Assembly (NCBI GenBank): GCA_028534125.1
Contig: CM052817.1
Coordinates: 32,490,001-32,554,000 of the forward strand
DNA: 64,000 bases
Direction of reading: 5' to 3'
DNA from: Lama glama
Taxonomy: Eukaryota
Position numbers and translations under genes: made by a program. A model generated the notes under the pieces. The model did not search any database. It was not told where the DNA came from and saw only the letters and a program-made list of their open reading frames with translations. Positions 26,215 through 38,162 of the stretch are shown in pieces. Within the stretch, counting starts at the first letter, position 1. Each line of letters starts with the position of its first letter.

Positions 26215-26761
26215 TGAGACAGGAAGGAAGGGGACAAGGCACAACTGTTAAAAGAATGAGGAGTAGGGACACAGTTGTTGAGAAAAACAGGATACCACAA
26301 AACCCAGCTGGAACCACCTGAAACCAAGATGGCATCAAGCATGGTCCAGTCATTGACCTCTATCTAACTCATTATACCTTCATTATAATACAAAAAAAAA
26401 AAAAGGCCTTGTCCCATGACAGTTCTGAAGCCGACCATAAAAGGCCAAAAAGTGGGTGGTGGCCCAACTCCTAGAAATTTACACCCTTTCCCAGAATAGC
26501 AAGAATTTTCCTCCCACTCATTAGCATATGAAATTACCCAGCCCATAAAAACTAACAACCTCACATCGTGGGGCCCTCCCACTTTCTGAGATGGTCTACA
26601 TGCTGTCTATGGAGTGCGTATCTCCCTGAATAAATCTGCTTTCACTCTACTTAAGCTCCCTCTTGAATTCTTTCCTGCATGAAGCCAAAGACCCTAACTT
26701 GGTGGGCCATCCCAGGGACTCTGACGCATCCAGAGATGTAATATTTCCTTCTCCTGTATCA
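26215..26761 (+). mobile_element. MER41-like ERV1 solo LTR (547 bp)
   Basis: TG...CA termini; perfect 4-bp TSD GAAA (26211-26214 / 26762-26765); MER41-type blocks accaagatggc, tgacctct, ccatgacagtt, ttagcatat, ctatggagt, aataaa..tgctttcact, gaattctttc. Confidence 0.85.
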
Positions 26762-28084
26762 GAAAGAGCCATTAGTTATAACAACAGTAAGTAAATTTAC
26801 CTCTAGTGTGCAATTGCCTAAAAGTCAAGGTGCTTTTCTCTCTCAGCATTGGATCCCTGTGCTTGTCTCACCTTGTTCTTGGTAAGCGCTCAATAAATCG
26901 TTTTTGACTGATGAGTGTTAATTACATTGGCCCTCCAAGGACACGACTCATGTTGGTCCTGAGGACCAGGTGGAATAACATGCTGGTGCCATCTGGCCAG
27001 GCTGGGATAGGAGCACCAGCCTGATTAGCAGGAAGCTTGGATCTCAAAGGAACTTGCAGTTCTTGAGACATTTTTTGAGAAATTTAATCTTGTGAGCTCA
27101 TTGAGGCCAGAGACATCTCATAGTTATCATAATATCTTTCCAGAGACTAGCAAGATGTCACAGGGGAGCCAGATCTTTACTTCTGTACTTCACCATAACC
27201 CTGTGTGATTAGTGCCATATTTTCATGAAGAACGGGACCCTTGGAGAGCAAGAGCATTCAGGCTAACTCCCCCATGGGGACGTGGCTATAAAGGGGAGCT
27301 ATTTGAGAAGCTTTCAGAGAAAAGGTGAAGGCTTCCTCTTCTTTTCTTGGTGAAAGGCAAGTCCTTTGTTTGTTTGCGTTCTACAAAAACACCTGTAGCT
27401 TTGATCTCAAATTACTTCTATACACAGAAAATGAGCCCTTTAAAAATCTTCAACAAGGGAACAGAGGGCTAGTCTGTGCTGTGTGTAAAGTATAGTATGT
27501 CTCCTGAGACTATGCGCCGGAGCTCTGTTCCTGCAAGGCTTCCTATCAAAACAGCGCAAACCGACATCAGGCAGCATCTTATGTCAGGACTGAGGGGAAG
27601 TGGGAGCGGTTACACTGTGCTTATCTCATGCTGTTGGGAAACACAGTCTGGCTTTCAGAGCCTCACTTTCCTTGTCTATTAAATGATTGCAGATAGTCAT
27701 GTGCTTGACAAGGTTGACAAAGCAGGGAGATTGGCTCCCAGGGAGAAACTTGACATTGATGGATGGGCCTTAGAGTGTGGGAGTCATTCCCCAAGTCACC
27801 ATATTTCATAGAGAAACTAAGAGTTGAACAAAACCTCCAGGTCTGTAGAATTTAGATAGAATTTAAATAAGGAAGGGAAGATACCTCGGGGAATGAAATA
27901 GTTATAATAAAAGGACTCAAATGGTGAAAATGAGTAGATAAGGGAGGGGCAAGAATTTAACAAGTCACTAGTGGGAATTCATTAAAGGTTTTTGAGAAGA
28001 GGAAGCTATAAGTTCTATGCGAGACCCAAACTGTGTGTGCTTTTGTCATTGTTTTCCCAATATTTGGTACATTACAATGCATGA

Positions 28085-28190
28085 ATGAAAATAGGTAGAT
28101 AGATAGATAAATAATAGATAAATAGATGAGAGATACATACGTAGACATATATACTTATATACACTCATATACGTGTAAATGTATATAGTT
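28085..28190. repeat. Degenerate (AGAT)n / (TA)-rich repeat
   Basis: agatagatagataaataatagataaatagat. Confidence 0.75.
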
Positions 28191-28580
28191 CAGATTTTTA
28201 AATTATATAAGTAGTACATGAATTGATTTTTATAAAAAAGTCAAACATTGAAGCAGCATACTTAAAAAGTGGAAGCTCTCTTTCACTAACCCCCCAATTC
28301 CAGTCTCTTCTTCAGAATTAATTGTGACTATGAATTTAGTATGTGACCTCCAAGATAGCTTTATGTGCAATTACAAAAATACCTTTCTTTATATCAACAC
28401 TTTTGTTTCAATAATTTTTATAATGGTGTTCTACTGTACATATTGTATAGTGATATTCCTCACTTATGTAATATGTCTTGAATCTTTTAATTTTAACATA
28501 TATACAAAGCTGTCTGATTCTTTTTAGTTTCTGCATAGTATCCCATTATATGGAAGGGTGATAATTTATAATAACTTACC
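28190..28580 (-). mobile_element. Old L1 (L1ME-like) 3'UTR fragment
   Basis: tttttaaattatataagtagtacatg...cattc-like tttttagtttctgcatagtatcccattatatgga. Confidence 0.55.
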
Positions 28581-28609
28581 GATTATCTGATATCAACACA
28601 ACATCACCA

Positions 28610-29015
28610 GTAGCCCTTTCTGGAGACTACATTTCCCAGAATCCTCTCGCCAGATGGTTCCATGTTGGGATTTACTGATAAGAAACACTCATACCAGTTT
28701 GAAAGCCAGCCTAGAAGGAGAGGCCATTAAGCCTGGAGGCAGCTGCAGCCAAAGGAGGACCTTGTGCACTTTGTCGTGGTTTCAGGGGAATGAGCCTTTG
28801 AAAACCAGCCACTTCACTGCTACAGAAGAAGGCAGTGGCCAGAGCTTCCTGGGGGTTCTTGACTCCTGGGAGCCACCTGCTTCAGGGATGCAGGCTGAGA
28901 TGATCAGGGTAGCTCCCTCAGCCCTTCCAACAATTCTGGAATCCTATTCTTCCTTGCATTAAAACCCTCCTTTCCTGGAAGACATGAGGTGATTTGCTTT
29001 CCTGATTGAATTCTA
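28610..29015 (+). mobile_element. ERVL LTR (LTR41/LTR33-like)
   Basis: actacatttcccagaatcc...; 3' end attaaaaccctc...gaggtgatttgctttcctgattgaa. Confidence 0.65.
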
Positions 29016-30065
29016 ATTTTTAAAAACTACAAGGTTTTTTTTCTGTGTCTATATTCATTTAATTTTATATTAGGGGTCCTGTCTCAAGTCAATAAACATT
29101 CCTTGGCAACATACTTTAATGAACATATCATAACTCATTGTCTGTATTTAAATGATTGATTTAAACCATTCCTCTATTGTTGGGCATTTAGGGTAATTTC
29201 ACAGTATAGGTTATTAACATGTTTGTCATAACATATATGTCGTGGCAAACATCTCAATATGTATACCTGACTCTCTCTTTTGAAGCTATAGACACTGGCA
29301 GGGTTTCAGTCTGAACGATAGAATTAGGAGAGACACTGAACGGTGAAAGGAAAGACAGAAGATGAGATCACGTTTAGGAATACTGAGTTTAAGCTACTGA
29401 AAAAAATACCCAGATGCCAGATGTGCTTGCCTAGCTGCTGTCAGATGTGAGGGACTAGCATCCAGGAGCCAGATCAGGGCTGACGATGAGGTTATCACAG
29501 TCGAGACTCGAGTTGAGTCCAATGTCAATCAATAAAATGCCCGCTGTAAAGCTTATAGAGAAACAAAAGCAATAGAATTGAAAAGGACAAGACCGAGGCC
29601 GGAGGGTGAGGTCTAGAATCGTATCTACTTACCACCTTAAGTAAAAAGTACTTATATAAATAAAATAGCACTTTTCAAATACTACTGTGGTCTCCCACCT
29701 ACCATTCCAATTCAGAATGCTTACATAAACTCCATCCTTTGACAACTGTGTCTCTTTAAATTAGTCAAGGGACTGACTAGATTACATAGAATGTGAAATG
29801 TAACTCACTCTGCACTTGATTGATTCAAATTACTGCTTAAATCATGTTGAAAGCAGTAAATTTATTTGTAATCTACATCTTTCATTCACTCATTAAATGA
29901 AACTTTTCTCTTTCTAAGCAGAGAATACTATGCCAGAGTGTCCAAGGAGGTTGTCCATCCTTAAGATGTTTGAACCTCACTTAAAAGATCACATCAGAAT
30001 CATTTAGTCCTTTGGCCAACCATAAACATGTGTGTGTGTATACATGCGTGTTGTGTGCTCTAAAA

Positions 30066-30887
30066 TTCTTTTTTTATTGAAGTATGATTGATTTATAAAC
30101 TATATTATTTTCAGATGTACAACATAGTGATTCTCTATTTTTTGCATATTATACTCCATTAAAGGTTATTACAAGAAAATGGCTTTAATTTCCTATGCTA
30201 TACAGTATATCCTTGTTGCGTATCTATTTTATATGTAATAGTTTGTATCTCTTGATCCCATGCCCCTAAGATGCCCCTCCCCCTTCCCTTATACCGTTAT
30301 ATATATGATATACCTATATATATATATTATACATATTGTGTGTATATATATATACACAGATATATGCCACATCTTCTTTATCCATTCACCTGTTGATGGA
30401 CATTTGAGTTGCTTCCATATTTTGGCAAGTGTAAATAATGCTTCTATGAACATTGGGATGCATTTATCTTTTTGAATTAGTGTTTTTGGCTTTTTTTTTT
30501 TAAGCTATATACTCAGGAGTGGGATTGCTGGAGTATATGGTAGATCTATTTTTAGTTTTTTGAGGAACCGCCATACTGTTTTCCACAATGGCCACACCAA
30601 TTTACATTCCCACCAACAGAATTCTCTACATCCTTGCCAACATTTGTTATTTGTACACTTTTTGATGATAGCCATTCTGACAGATGCGAGGCAATGTCTC
30701 ATTGCTGTTTTGATTTGCATTTCTCTAATAATTAGCAATGTTGAGCATCTTTTCATATGCCTGTTGGCCACCTGTATGCTTTCTTTGGAAAAATGTGTAT
30801 TCAGATCTTCTGCCTATTTTTGGATTGGGCTGCTTTTAAAATATTGAGTTGTAGGAACTGTTTATATATTTTGGATATTAACCCCTC
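30066..30887 (-). mobile_element. Artiodactyl-type L1 3' end with an internal deletion at a TA-rich tract
   Basis: ORF 30505-30771 [28 protein letters not shown]...KCWQGC...[27 protein letters not shown] matches the L1 ORF2 Cys-rich C-terminus. Confidence 0.93.
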
Positions 30888-30950
30888 AAAGTTCTTAAAT
30901 TCTCTTAAATTTAGAAAGAAATGTTGTTGAGGTGAATTCTAAATGCTGGA

Positions 30951-31338
30951 TGTATTAGTTTGCTAGGGCTGCTGTGACAAAGTACCACAACAGAAATTTA
31001 TCATGTCACAGTTCCAGAGGCTGGCAGTCTGAAATCAGGGTTGGTGTCCTCTGAGAGCTGAGAGAGAAGGATCTGTTCCAGGTTTCTCTCCTTGGTTTTT
31101 AGGTAAACATCTTCTCCCTGTGTCTCTCCACATTGTCTTTCTTCTATGCATGTTTGTCTCAGCGTTCAAATTCCCCTTTTTATAAGGACACCAGTCGTAT
31201 TGGATTAGGATTTACCTTAATGACCTCATTTTAATGTGATTAACTCTGGAAAGACCTTATCTCCAAATAAGGTCATATTCTGAAATACTCAGGGTTAGGA
31301 CTTCTTTTTTAGAAGGACACACAATTCAATCAGCAACA
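30951..31338 (-). mobile_element. MLT1B-like solo LTR
   Basis: tgtattagtttgctagggctgc...tataaggacaccagtc...acaattcaatcagcaaca; TSD ctgga/ctggg. Confidence 0.9.
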
Positions 31339-32042
31339 CTGGGCTACCTCAGATGACATGTAAAGCATTATCTGAGAAATCATTCTTTTAGTTGCTTTGA
31401 ATTATTTGGAGGAAGTCAGACCATTAAAGGACATGAACTACATTATTCTGGCCAGTTGTAGCCTGGCTTTTATAAACATCCCTCACACATTATCAGGCAT
31501 TTTGTTTATTGGATATTTTTCATAAAAATGCTAATCCAGTTTAGCTAATGAAAGAAGTAAGATAGATAGGAAGGCTACCCTCTCACTGTGCACCTCCCCT
31601 CCACCATGCACACACACTTTAATAGATGAATTCTGGCTATACCAGAAATTAACCTGGGTGATTTGAGCTTTGCTAGTTGTAAACTAGTTTTTTTCAGTGA
31701 ACTATTAAGTCTTACCACTTCCCAGACAGAGAAAGCTGCACTTCAAAGTTGGACATTTGATTCAGATAGTCACTTCAAAGTGACTGGTGGAGATGCTGCC
31801 TTCTTCAGATTGACTTTGTAGAACATATCCTTTGGAATATGGAAGCTAGGGGAACTATTGAAATAAAAGGTGGGGTTCAACATGAAACTTGTAGCAGTGC
31901 ATTGACATCTGTGAATTATTGCAACTACTCTGAAGGAGGTTATCTCTACGCCAAGTCCAAGTCCAGGAGGTGATAATGTTCCTTGATTTATTTTTCTGGT
32001 TCCAAATTTTACTTCGATGTCTACTGTCTTTCTCCAAAGAGT

Positions 32043-32132
32043 CTCTTGCAAAGACCCCTTTTCCAAATAAAAGTCATATTCACAGGTTTCAAGTGGATAT
32101 ATCATTCGAGGGGTCACCATTCAACCTACCAC
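32043..32132 (-). mobile_element. MLT1 LTR fragment
   Basis: tgcaaagaccccttttccaaataaaagtcatattcacagg...ccattcaacctaccaca. Confidence 0.75.
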
Positions 32133-33196
32133 ATAAGGATGTGAGGAAGAAGAGGCAATGGTGGAAGTGGGATTCAGAAAGGAGTGCAAGAGCGTGCCAA
32201 GGATCAGATTTGCCCTCTGTAACTTTGCCTTGGAGTCTGAAGCAGCTGATGTACCTTCTCAAACTGCTGCTTAAGGTTACTGACGCCTTTATTTGGTGAC
32301 CAGAAGTAGTAACGCAGCCTCATCTCAGGGCTGCTGACTCATCTAGTTTTCTTATCATGAGGCTCCATTATCATTATTGGCTCAAAGTGTATAAAATTTT
32401 ATCAAGGCAAAGCACAAACTTGTTATTCTCTTTGGGAGAATCCACGTATTGAAGGCAATAATCTATGCCCCATATTACAGATCAATGGAACTCAACTCAA
32501 CTTTCCCAAGCCTCTCAGGGAGGGAAAGTGGGGAAACCTCGCTGCTTTGGAAATGTGCCTTGTGCTTTGTAATTTAAAATAATGAGTACCTTCTTTTTTC
32601 CAATGGTTTTAGATATTAGTGAATATAGTTTATGTGTTTGAATCCACACTTGATTTATTTTGGTCTGAGGTTTTTCCCAGACTATATTATCACATGAATC
32701 AAGAACATAGCTACACCCTCCCCAGTGTGGGGGCTCCTTTCTTAACTGTAGACCAAGGTATCGACTGACTTCAGGTTTGGCTTACCATGTTACCTTAAAA
32801 TATTTCTGTTTGTGCCTCAGATTTAGAATGGAACTCAAGAGGACAGTGGGAAAATGAAAAATAAGTGAGGGGAAATATTTTTATGGATTGAAAAGAGAGC
32901 ACCCCAAAGCAGCCTGGGCTGGGGTCCTTCAAGACTTTGCCCCTAGGGTGGGTTCATTGATAACAGGGAAGCAGCCTGATAAGAAATGAACAAGTTTTAT
33001 CTACAACATTTCACTTATTTTTTAAAAAAAGATTGGAGACAAATGTGAGCAAACAAAAATGACTAATTTTGCATAGCGGAAAGGTGGGTCTTAAGTTCTC
33101 TTCTTCATTTTAAAAATTTCTGTTAAGAAAAAGGGAAAGAAAGTTTCTTAAGGAAAAAGAAGAACATGATATTTAGCACTCAAAATCTTTGGTTCT

Positions 33197-33378
33197 TACT
33201 GTAGAGCACAGGGAAATACATTCAATTTCTTATAATAAGCTACAATTGAAAAGAATCTGGAAATATATGTATATATGTATATGTATAACTTAATCGTTTG
33301 CTGTACACTTGAAATTAACACAATGTTGTAAATCAACTACAGTTCAATAAAAAATAAAATTAAAGTCCAAAAAAAGAA
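33197..33378 (+). mobile_element. Short L1 3' tip inserted at a MIR
   Basis: tactgtagagcacagggaaa...tgtacacttgaaattaacacaatgttgtaaatcaactac, A-rich tail; TSD ctttggttct (33187) / ctttggtcct (33381). Confidence 0.88.
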
Positions 33379-33380
33379 GA

Positions 33381-33560
33381 CTTTGGTCCTGCTCTTGCGT
33401 TACCCTCTCCTGGCTGTGTGTAAATGAAATTCTCTAAGCCTCATTTTCTGTGTCTGTAAAATGGTGATAAGTCCTTCCTTTTAGGACATGGTGGATATTA
33501 AGTGAGAAAATGGATACAGAGTATCCAGCATTGATGGGTCGCACCACATATGGTGACCAT
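33381..33560 (+). mobile_element. MIR SINE
   Basis: ctctaagcctcattttctgtgtctgtaaaatggtgataa. Confidence 0.7.
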
Positions 33561-33574
33561 ATGGCTACTTTGTG

Positions 33575-33830
33575 ATTCCCCAAAGTGTGTCTATGGGACA
33601 TTAATATCATAAGAGGTCCCCAAGTAAAGGATTCCAAGGTCAAAAATGTTTGGGAAACTCTACATATTACATTTCCTTCTTGGGGACTCGGAGTGACATT
33701 AGGATATTAAAACACTGAGAATTTTTGCAGTAAAGAAATCTGTTTTGTTTCTCTTTGGGTTTTTTCCCCTTTTTTTTTCATTTAAATGGGTGTTTTCCAG
33801 ATTTTGAGCATGAAACCCTGGCTTATGGTG
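33575..33830. mobile_element. hAT-Charlie MITE, same family as 12975
   Basis: acattaggatattaaaacactgagaatttttgcagtaaagaaatctgttt. Confidence 0.6.
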
Positions 33831-34729
33831 TCCTTGACTGAAAAGGATGAGGGAGACAACACTGGGAGGTCCTGAACTTTGTGAGAAATGGCTACGCTTC
33901 TGTTCCTCGAAGAGCTTGGTGCAGAGGGTAGGGGTGCGAATGGTGAGGACGCTCTTCTCTCCCCTGGAACCTGGCGAATTGTAGAGGGGGCAGTCACTCA
34001 AAGTTGCACCTGACCTGCAGGTCACCTAGAAGATCGTTGAAGTCTACTGGTAAGTACCATTAACTGGTTGAAAAGCTAAACCTGGTATCTTTACAGTGGG
34101 AAAATTACAGAAAAATTTGAAGATCCCACAAAACAAACTAAAAACACATTTTAGTGACTTTGTATTTCTAGCTACTAATAATTACTCCACAGGCAAGAAT
34201 CAGCTTCAACTAAAAGCACATGTTTTGTGCCCTGTTTTACAGGGAAGAGACTGTCAGTAACAACTCCACCACTAATCCTGTTGGCAGATCACTCAGCGTG
34301 AAAAGGACAAATATAGATGGGTGTCATGCTTGGAGCTCATTTTTATGACCTGTCTGGGCACTTAAGAGTTTTACCAGGAAGGGGATACATCCTCCCTGCT
34401 CCGGGTTACATGTCTGAGGAGGAAAGATGGGCTGAAAGGAGCGTGGGTTGTTACTGACAGTGGGTCCCGTGCCATCAGCTGGGTGTGACTAGGAGGATGC
34501 AGACGGAGCTTCAAAATCCATGACAACATGTCTCCAAATAGGATGAACAGCCCAGGAGAGAAGCAACACGCCCAGCAGCCTAGGCAGGAGCAGAGTGATG
34601 CAAATATTGTCTCCTATCCAGAGAGGAAGCCTCTCTGCCCTGTGTTTTGAGCCCATGCATTAGTCATTTCTAAACACTGAAGGGTCGAGAGAGAGGTGGG
34701 GTGGAGGGAGACTCTTACTAGGAGTGGAA

Positions 34730-34870
34730 ACTAGGGTCAGGTCACTGTCCTCCCCAAGACTTGACTTCCTGATCTGCAAAGCAGAGATATTAGTAATTGT
34801 ATCTCCCTTAGGGGGTTGCTGTGCTGTAGCATGGCACCTGGCTTCCTGGAGGAGTCCTGGTAATGTTGCG
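34730..34870 (+). mobile_element. MIR fragment
   Basis: cttcctgatctgcaaagcagagatattagtaa...gggttgctgtg. Confidence 0.55.
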
Positions 34871-35079
34871 TATAATTTAGACTGTGACAGGAGAGAATTT
34901 AACTCACTGGTCCCCGTCATATGCTGGCCACATTTATTCAACTTTTCCCAAGAGGCACCTGTGTCCCAGCAGGCGCTTGGCTGAAGCACGTTCATTGTAA
35001 TTGAATCTAAGTTCTGGTCATGCTGTGTAGAGATTAATTGATATGCAGAGACTCTGAAACAAGCTTTGGGAATCGAACA

Positions 35080-35760
35080 TCTGGTTTGGAAGGCAGCCTT
35101 GTAGGCCAGCCCCCTGTAGACCCGGGTAGGAGAGGAAAACAGGAAGTTTTATTCATCTTACTTTCTTCGTTTTTCAAGTTACAGTCTCCAGCTGTTTACA
35201 TCAACTTTGTTTTTCCTAAAGAAAAGAGAGAGAGAGCGCGCGCAACTAGAAAGGACTGTAAGTTACAATCTTTCCATGAAGCAGCCCTTTGTGGAAAATC
35301 AGGTTATTCTCTAACTAGGCTAGCTCAACTTTTATTTTTCTCTTCTCCTCCCAAAGCAAATATTGTTCCCCTGGCCTCTTTTCAGGCCTAGGAGGAGCGA
35401 AAAGAGGTTTAAGGAGAAGGTAAGGAGGAGGCAGAAGGAAATAGGGGGAAAAAAACCCTGGAGAGGAGGAAAGAAAGAGAAAGAGTTCACGCCCCTGAAA
35501 TTGCAGACGCTTCCATAGCCGTAGGCTCTGCCGCAGGAATGGGTGCATGAATATGAATGCAGCCGGGCCCCGCAGATGTGGGCAGGCGTCCTCGGAGCTG
35601 AAAAGAGCAAGAGCAAACAAGCCCTCATGGTTTAAGCTAAGGACCATTGTCGTGTTTCTTGAAAATAAACGATACTTCAGTGTTTTGCCCCCAAATTACC
35701 TAAACATAGAACACTTAATGTGGCGTTTCCTAATCTGGCCGTTGTTTGTGGATCTTCACC
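35080..35760. promoter_or_regulatory. Candidate enhancer/promoter
   Basis: Unique sequence with retained CpGs; ETS ACAGGAAGT (~35139); FOX TGTTTAC (~35193) and GCAAACA (~35613); NFAT-like TGGAAAA (~35292). Confidence 0.4.
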
Positions 35761-35779
35761 GTCTAGAGGAAGGGAGAAG

Positions 35780-35940
35780 CCAGTGGTCTCTGGTCCTAGA
35801 CTACAGGGGCTCAAACCCCAGCTGGGCTACTGACTTGAGAGCTAGGTGACCTTGGGCCAGGCACTTACCTGTCTGGATCACAGAACCTTCATCGACAAAA
35901 CGGGGATAATGATAGTGACGATGGTAATGAATGTTACCTA
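35780..35940 (+). mobile_element. MIR SINE
   Basis: ctcaaaccccagct...gtgaccttgggc...aaaacggggataatgatag. Confidence 0.7.
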
Positions 35941-36009
35941 TTGCTGTCCTAGCCCGTTCTAATTCAAGAATTTAATCCCATGTCGCAGTGGCGTATCTTG
36001 CCCCTTGAT

Positions 36010-36200
36010 AGTATTTGCTACTCGCAGGCACTGTTCTGAACACTTCACACATAAGAAGCGCTCACCGCACACATCATTTCATCTTACACCAACCCTGGGA
36101 GGCAGGGGTCCTATCATCAGCTCCCAAACCATTGGTGAGAAAACTGACACACAAAGAGATTGTTACTTGCTTAATTTCACATGTCTGATAAATGGTTTCG
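36010..36200 (-). mobile_element. MIR SINE
   Basis: caggcactgttctgaacacttcacac...aaccctgggaggcagg...gagaaaactga. Confidence 0.65.
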
Positions 36201-36247
36201 CTGTCCTTAAATCCATGTAGCTTAGCTTTAAAAAGAGATCTGCAAAC

Positions 36248-36400
36248 CAGGGCTTGCCACTGTTTTTGCAAATAAAGTTGTAGTGGACCATGGCAATGCC
36301 CATTAATTTCTGTATCATCTATGAGTGCTTTCACACTACAGTGGCAAACCTGAGAATATTTATTATCTGGCCCTTTTACAGTAACAATTTGCTGACCTCT
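36248..36400 (-). mobile_element. MER58A (internally deleted)
   Basis: tgtttttgcaaataaagtt...aatatttattatctggccctttt...tttgctgacctctg. Confidence 0.8.
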
Positions 36401-36436
36401 GATCGAGAGTCTAGCTACACTCTTAACTATTAAGGT

Positions 36437-36545
36437 GGGGTTGCCAGGTTTGGCAAATAAAAATATGGGATGCTCAGTTAAATTTGAACTTTAGATAAAC
36501 AATGAGTATTTTTTCAATATAATTGTATCCTATGCAATATTGGGC
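36437..36545. mobile_element. MER53 half (hAT MITE)
   Basis: gggttgccaggtttggcaaataaaaatatgggatgctcagttaaatttgaactttagataaacaa. Confidence 0.8.
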
Positions 36546-37499
36546 ACCTGTGCATTAAGGTGATCAGCATCTCCCTATGAATATGTGATCAAGCTTTTTT
36601 AGAAACCAAGCTCTCCTTTCTTTTGAATCATAATGTGTTAGAACTCAAGGGACCTAAGATGGCAGATAACTTGCCCAGGAATTAATGGCAGTGCCTGGCT
36701 GGAACGATCACTTTGTTATCAGGTGGCCTTATTAAATGTTTAAGTGTTAGTGGCGAAGTCATATGACATCTAGGAAAAAGAACTGATCCAGAAGTACAGC
36801 CGAGCCTAGGAAAAATTATAACATAGAAAATCATCTTTGTGACTTCTTGTCACCTGTCCAGCCTCTGCTCCCCCAATAGCCAACCTGATTCTTTTTACCT
36901 TCTTACAACTAACTTTCCCTGAATCATTTTGATTACCTCCTTTCATCCTCTATAAAATAAAAGCAATAATGCTGTGCCCAAGTAAACTGAGACTCCTTTC
37001 CTCCCCCTGTGACCTAGGGAGAATCTTGGAAATTAGAGAGAAGCAATTCAGAAACAGAACCATTCATTGGCAGATAATTTTGTAACATGGGCTGGGAGAA
37101 CCCCACCCAACCCTGAATTAAGGCCCAGGATACACCCAGCTTGGCGAGTCTTGGCCTTTGTGTCTTCAAGAGAATGAGGAGGTCAGAGCATCATGTCTGA
37201 TTCTCTATCTCCCACCTCCAGTTTTGTATGATTTTGAAGCATCACAAGCAAATATTCATGCCAGAATCCACTAAGTATTCTGTTCTTGAGTAGCAGGGGA
37301 GGTGGTACTTTTAAGGTTTATTCCCTTAAGTTTCCCTCTTCCAAGGGCAGTTAGAGATAGACCAACTGGGATCCTAAAAAGAAGGGGGCTGCCCTGTGGG
37401 TTATATTACTAACCTACCTTCTGTCTCCTGAGAATAAAATAGATCAGTGTCTCCGGAGAGTTTCAAAATCTTGAGAAATACATGCAGATTAAAAGATAA

Positions 37500-38072
37500 G
37501 GTCAATTGACTTTAAAATATGGATACAAATTCTTTAATATTCCTCCCATCAGGAGATAGGATCTATAGCCACTCCTCTTTCTTCTGAGTGAGGTTGGTCT
37601 GCTTTGACCAATAAAGTGTATGGGAAATGCTGCTCTAGGATTTTCAAGGCTAGGTCTTAAAAGGTCAAGAAACTTTCCGATCTCCAAGATTGCTCCCTGG
37701 AACACATGTTCTTAGACTATTAAGTGATCCAATGACACTGAGGTGCCCTGGAGTAAGGAAGCCCAGCCATCTGGACAAATCACACGTAGGTGCACTGGCC
37801 AACAGGTTCAGCCGAGCCAGCTTTCAGGTTACAGGTACAAAACATTTGAATGCAGAGTCTTCTATATGTACCAGCCGCAGAAGTTTATGTCACCTTAGGG
37901 AGTTCAAGTCTTTCAAGGTTCAAGCCCAGATATCATAGAGCAGACACAATCCATCCCCCATTATGTCTTGCCCAAATTCCTGATTAACAAACCTATAACC
38001 ATAATGAAATGGTTATCTTTCTGTGCCACTAATTTGGAATGGTTGGTTCTGCAGAAATAGATAATTGGAACA
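37500..38072 (+). mobile_element. MLT1G/H-like LTR
   Basis: caaattctttaatattcctcccatc...ggctaggtcttaaaagg...gcccaaattcctga...aatagataattggaaca. Confidence 0.8.
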
Positions 38073-38087
38073 ATCACCAACCACTTA

Positions 38088-38150
38088 CTGAGATAGGTAG
38101 ACAGATGGATAGACAGATGGATAGAGAGAGAGATAGAGAGATGGATAATG
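38088..38150. repeat. Degenerate (AGAT/GGAT)n repeat
   Basis: Directly visible. Confidence 0.75.
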
Positions 38151-38162
38151 TATATGTACATA

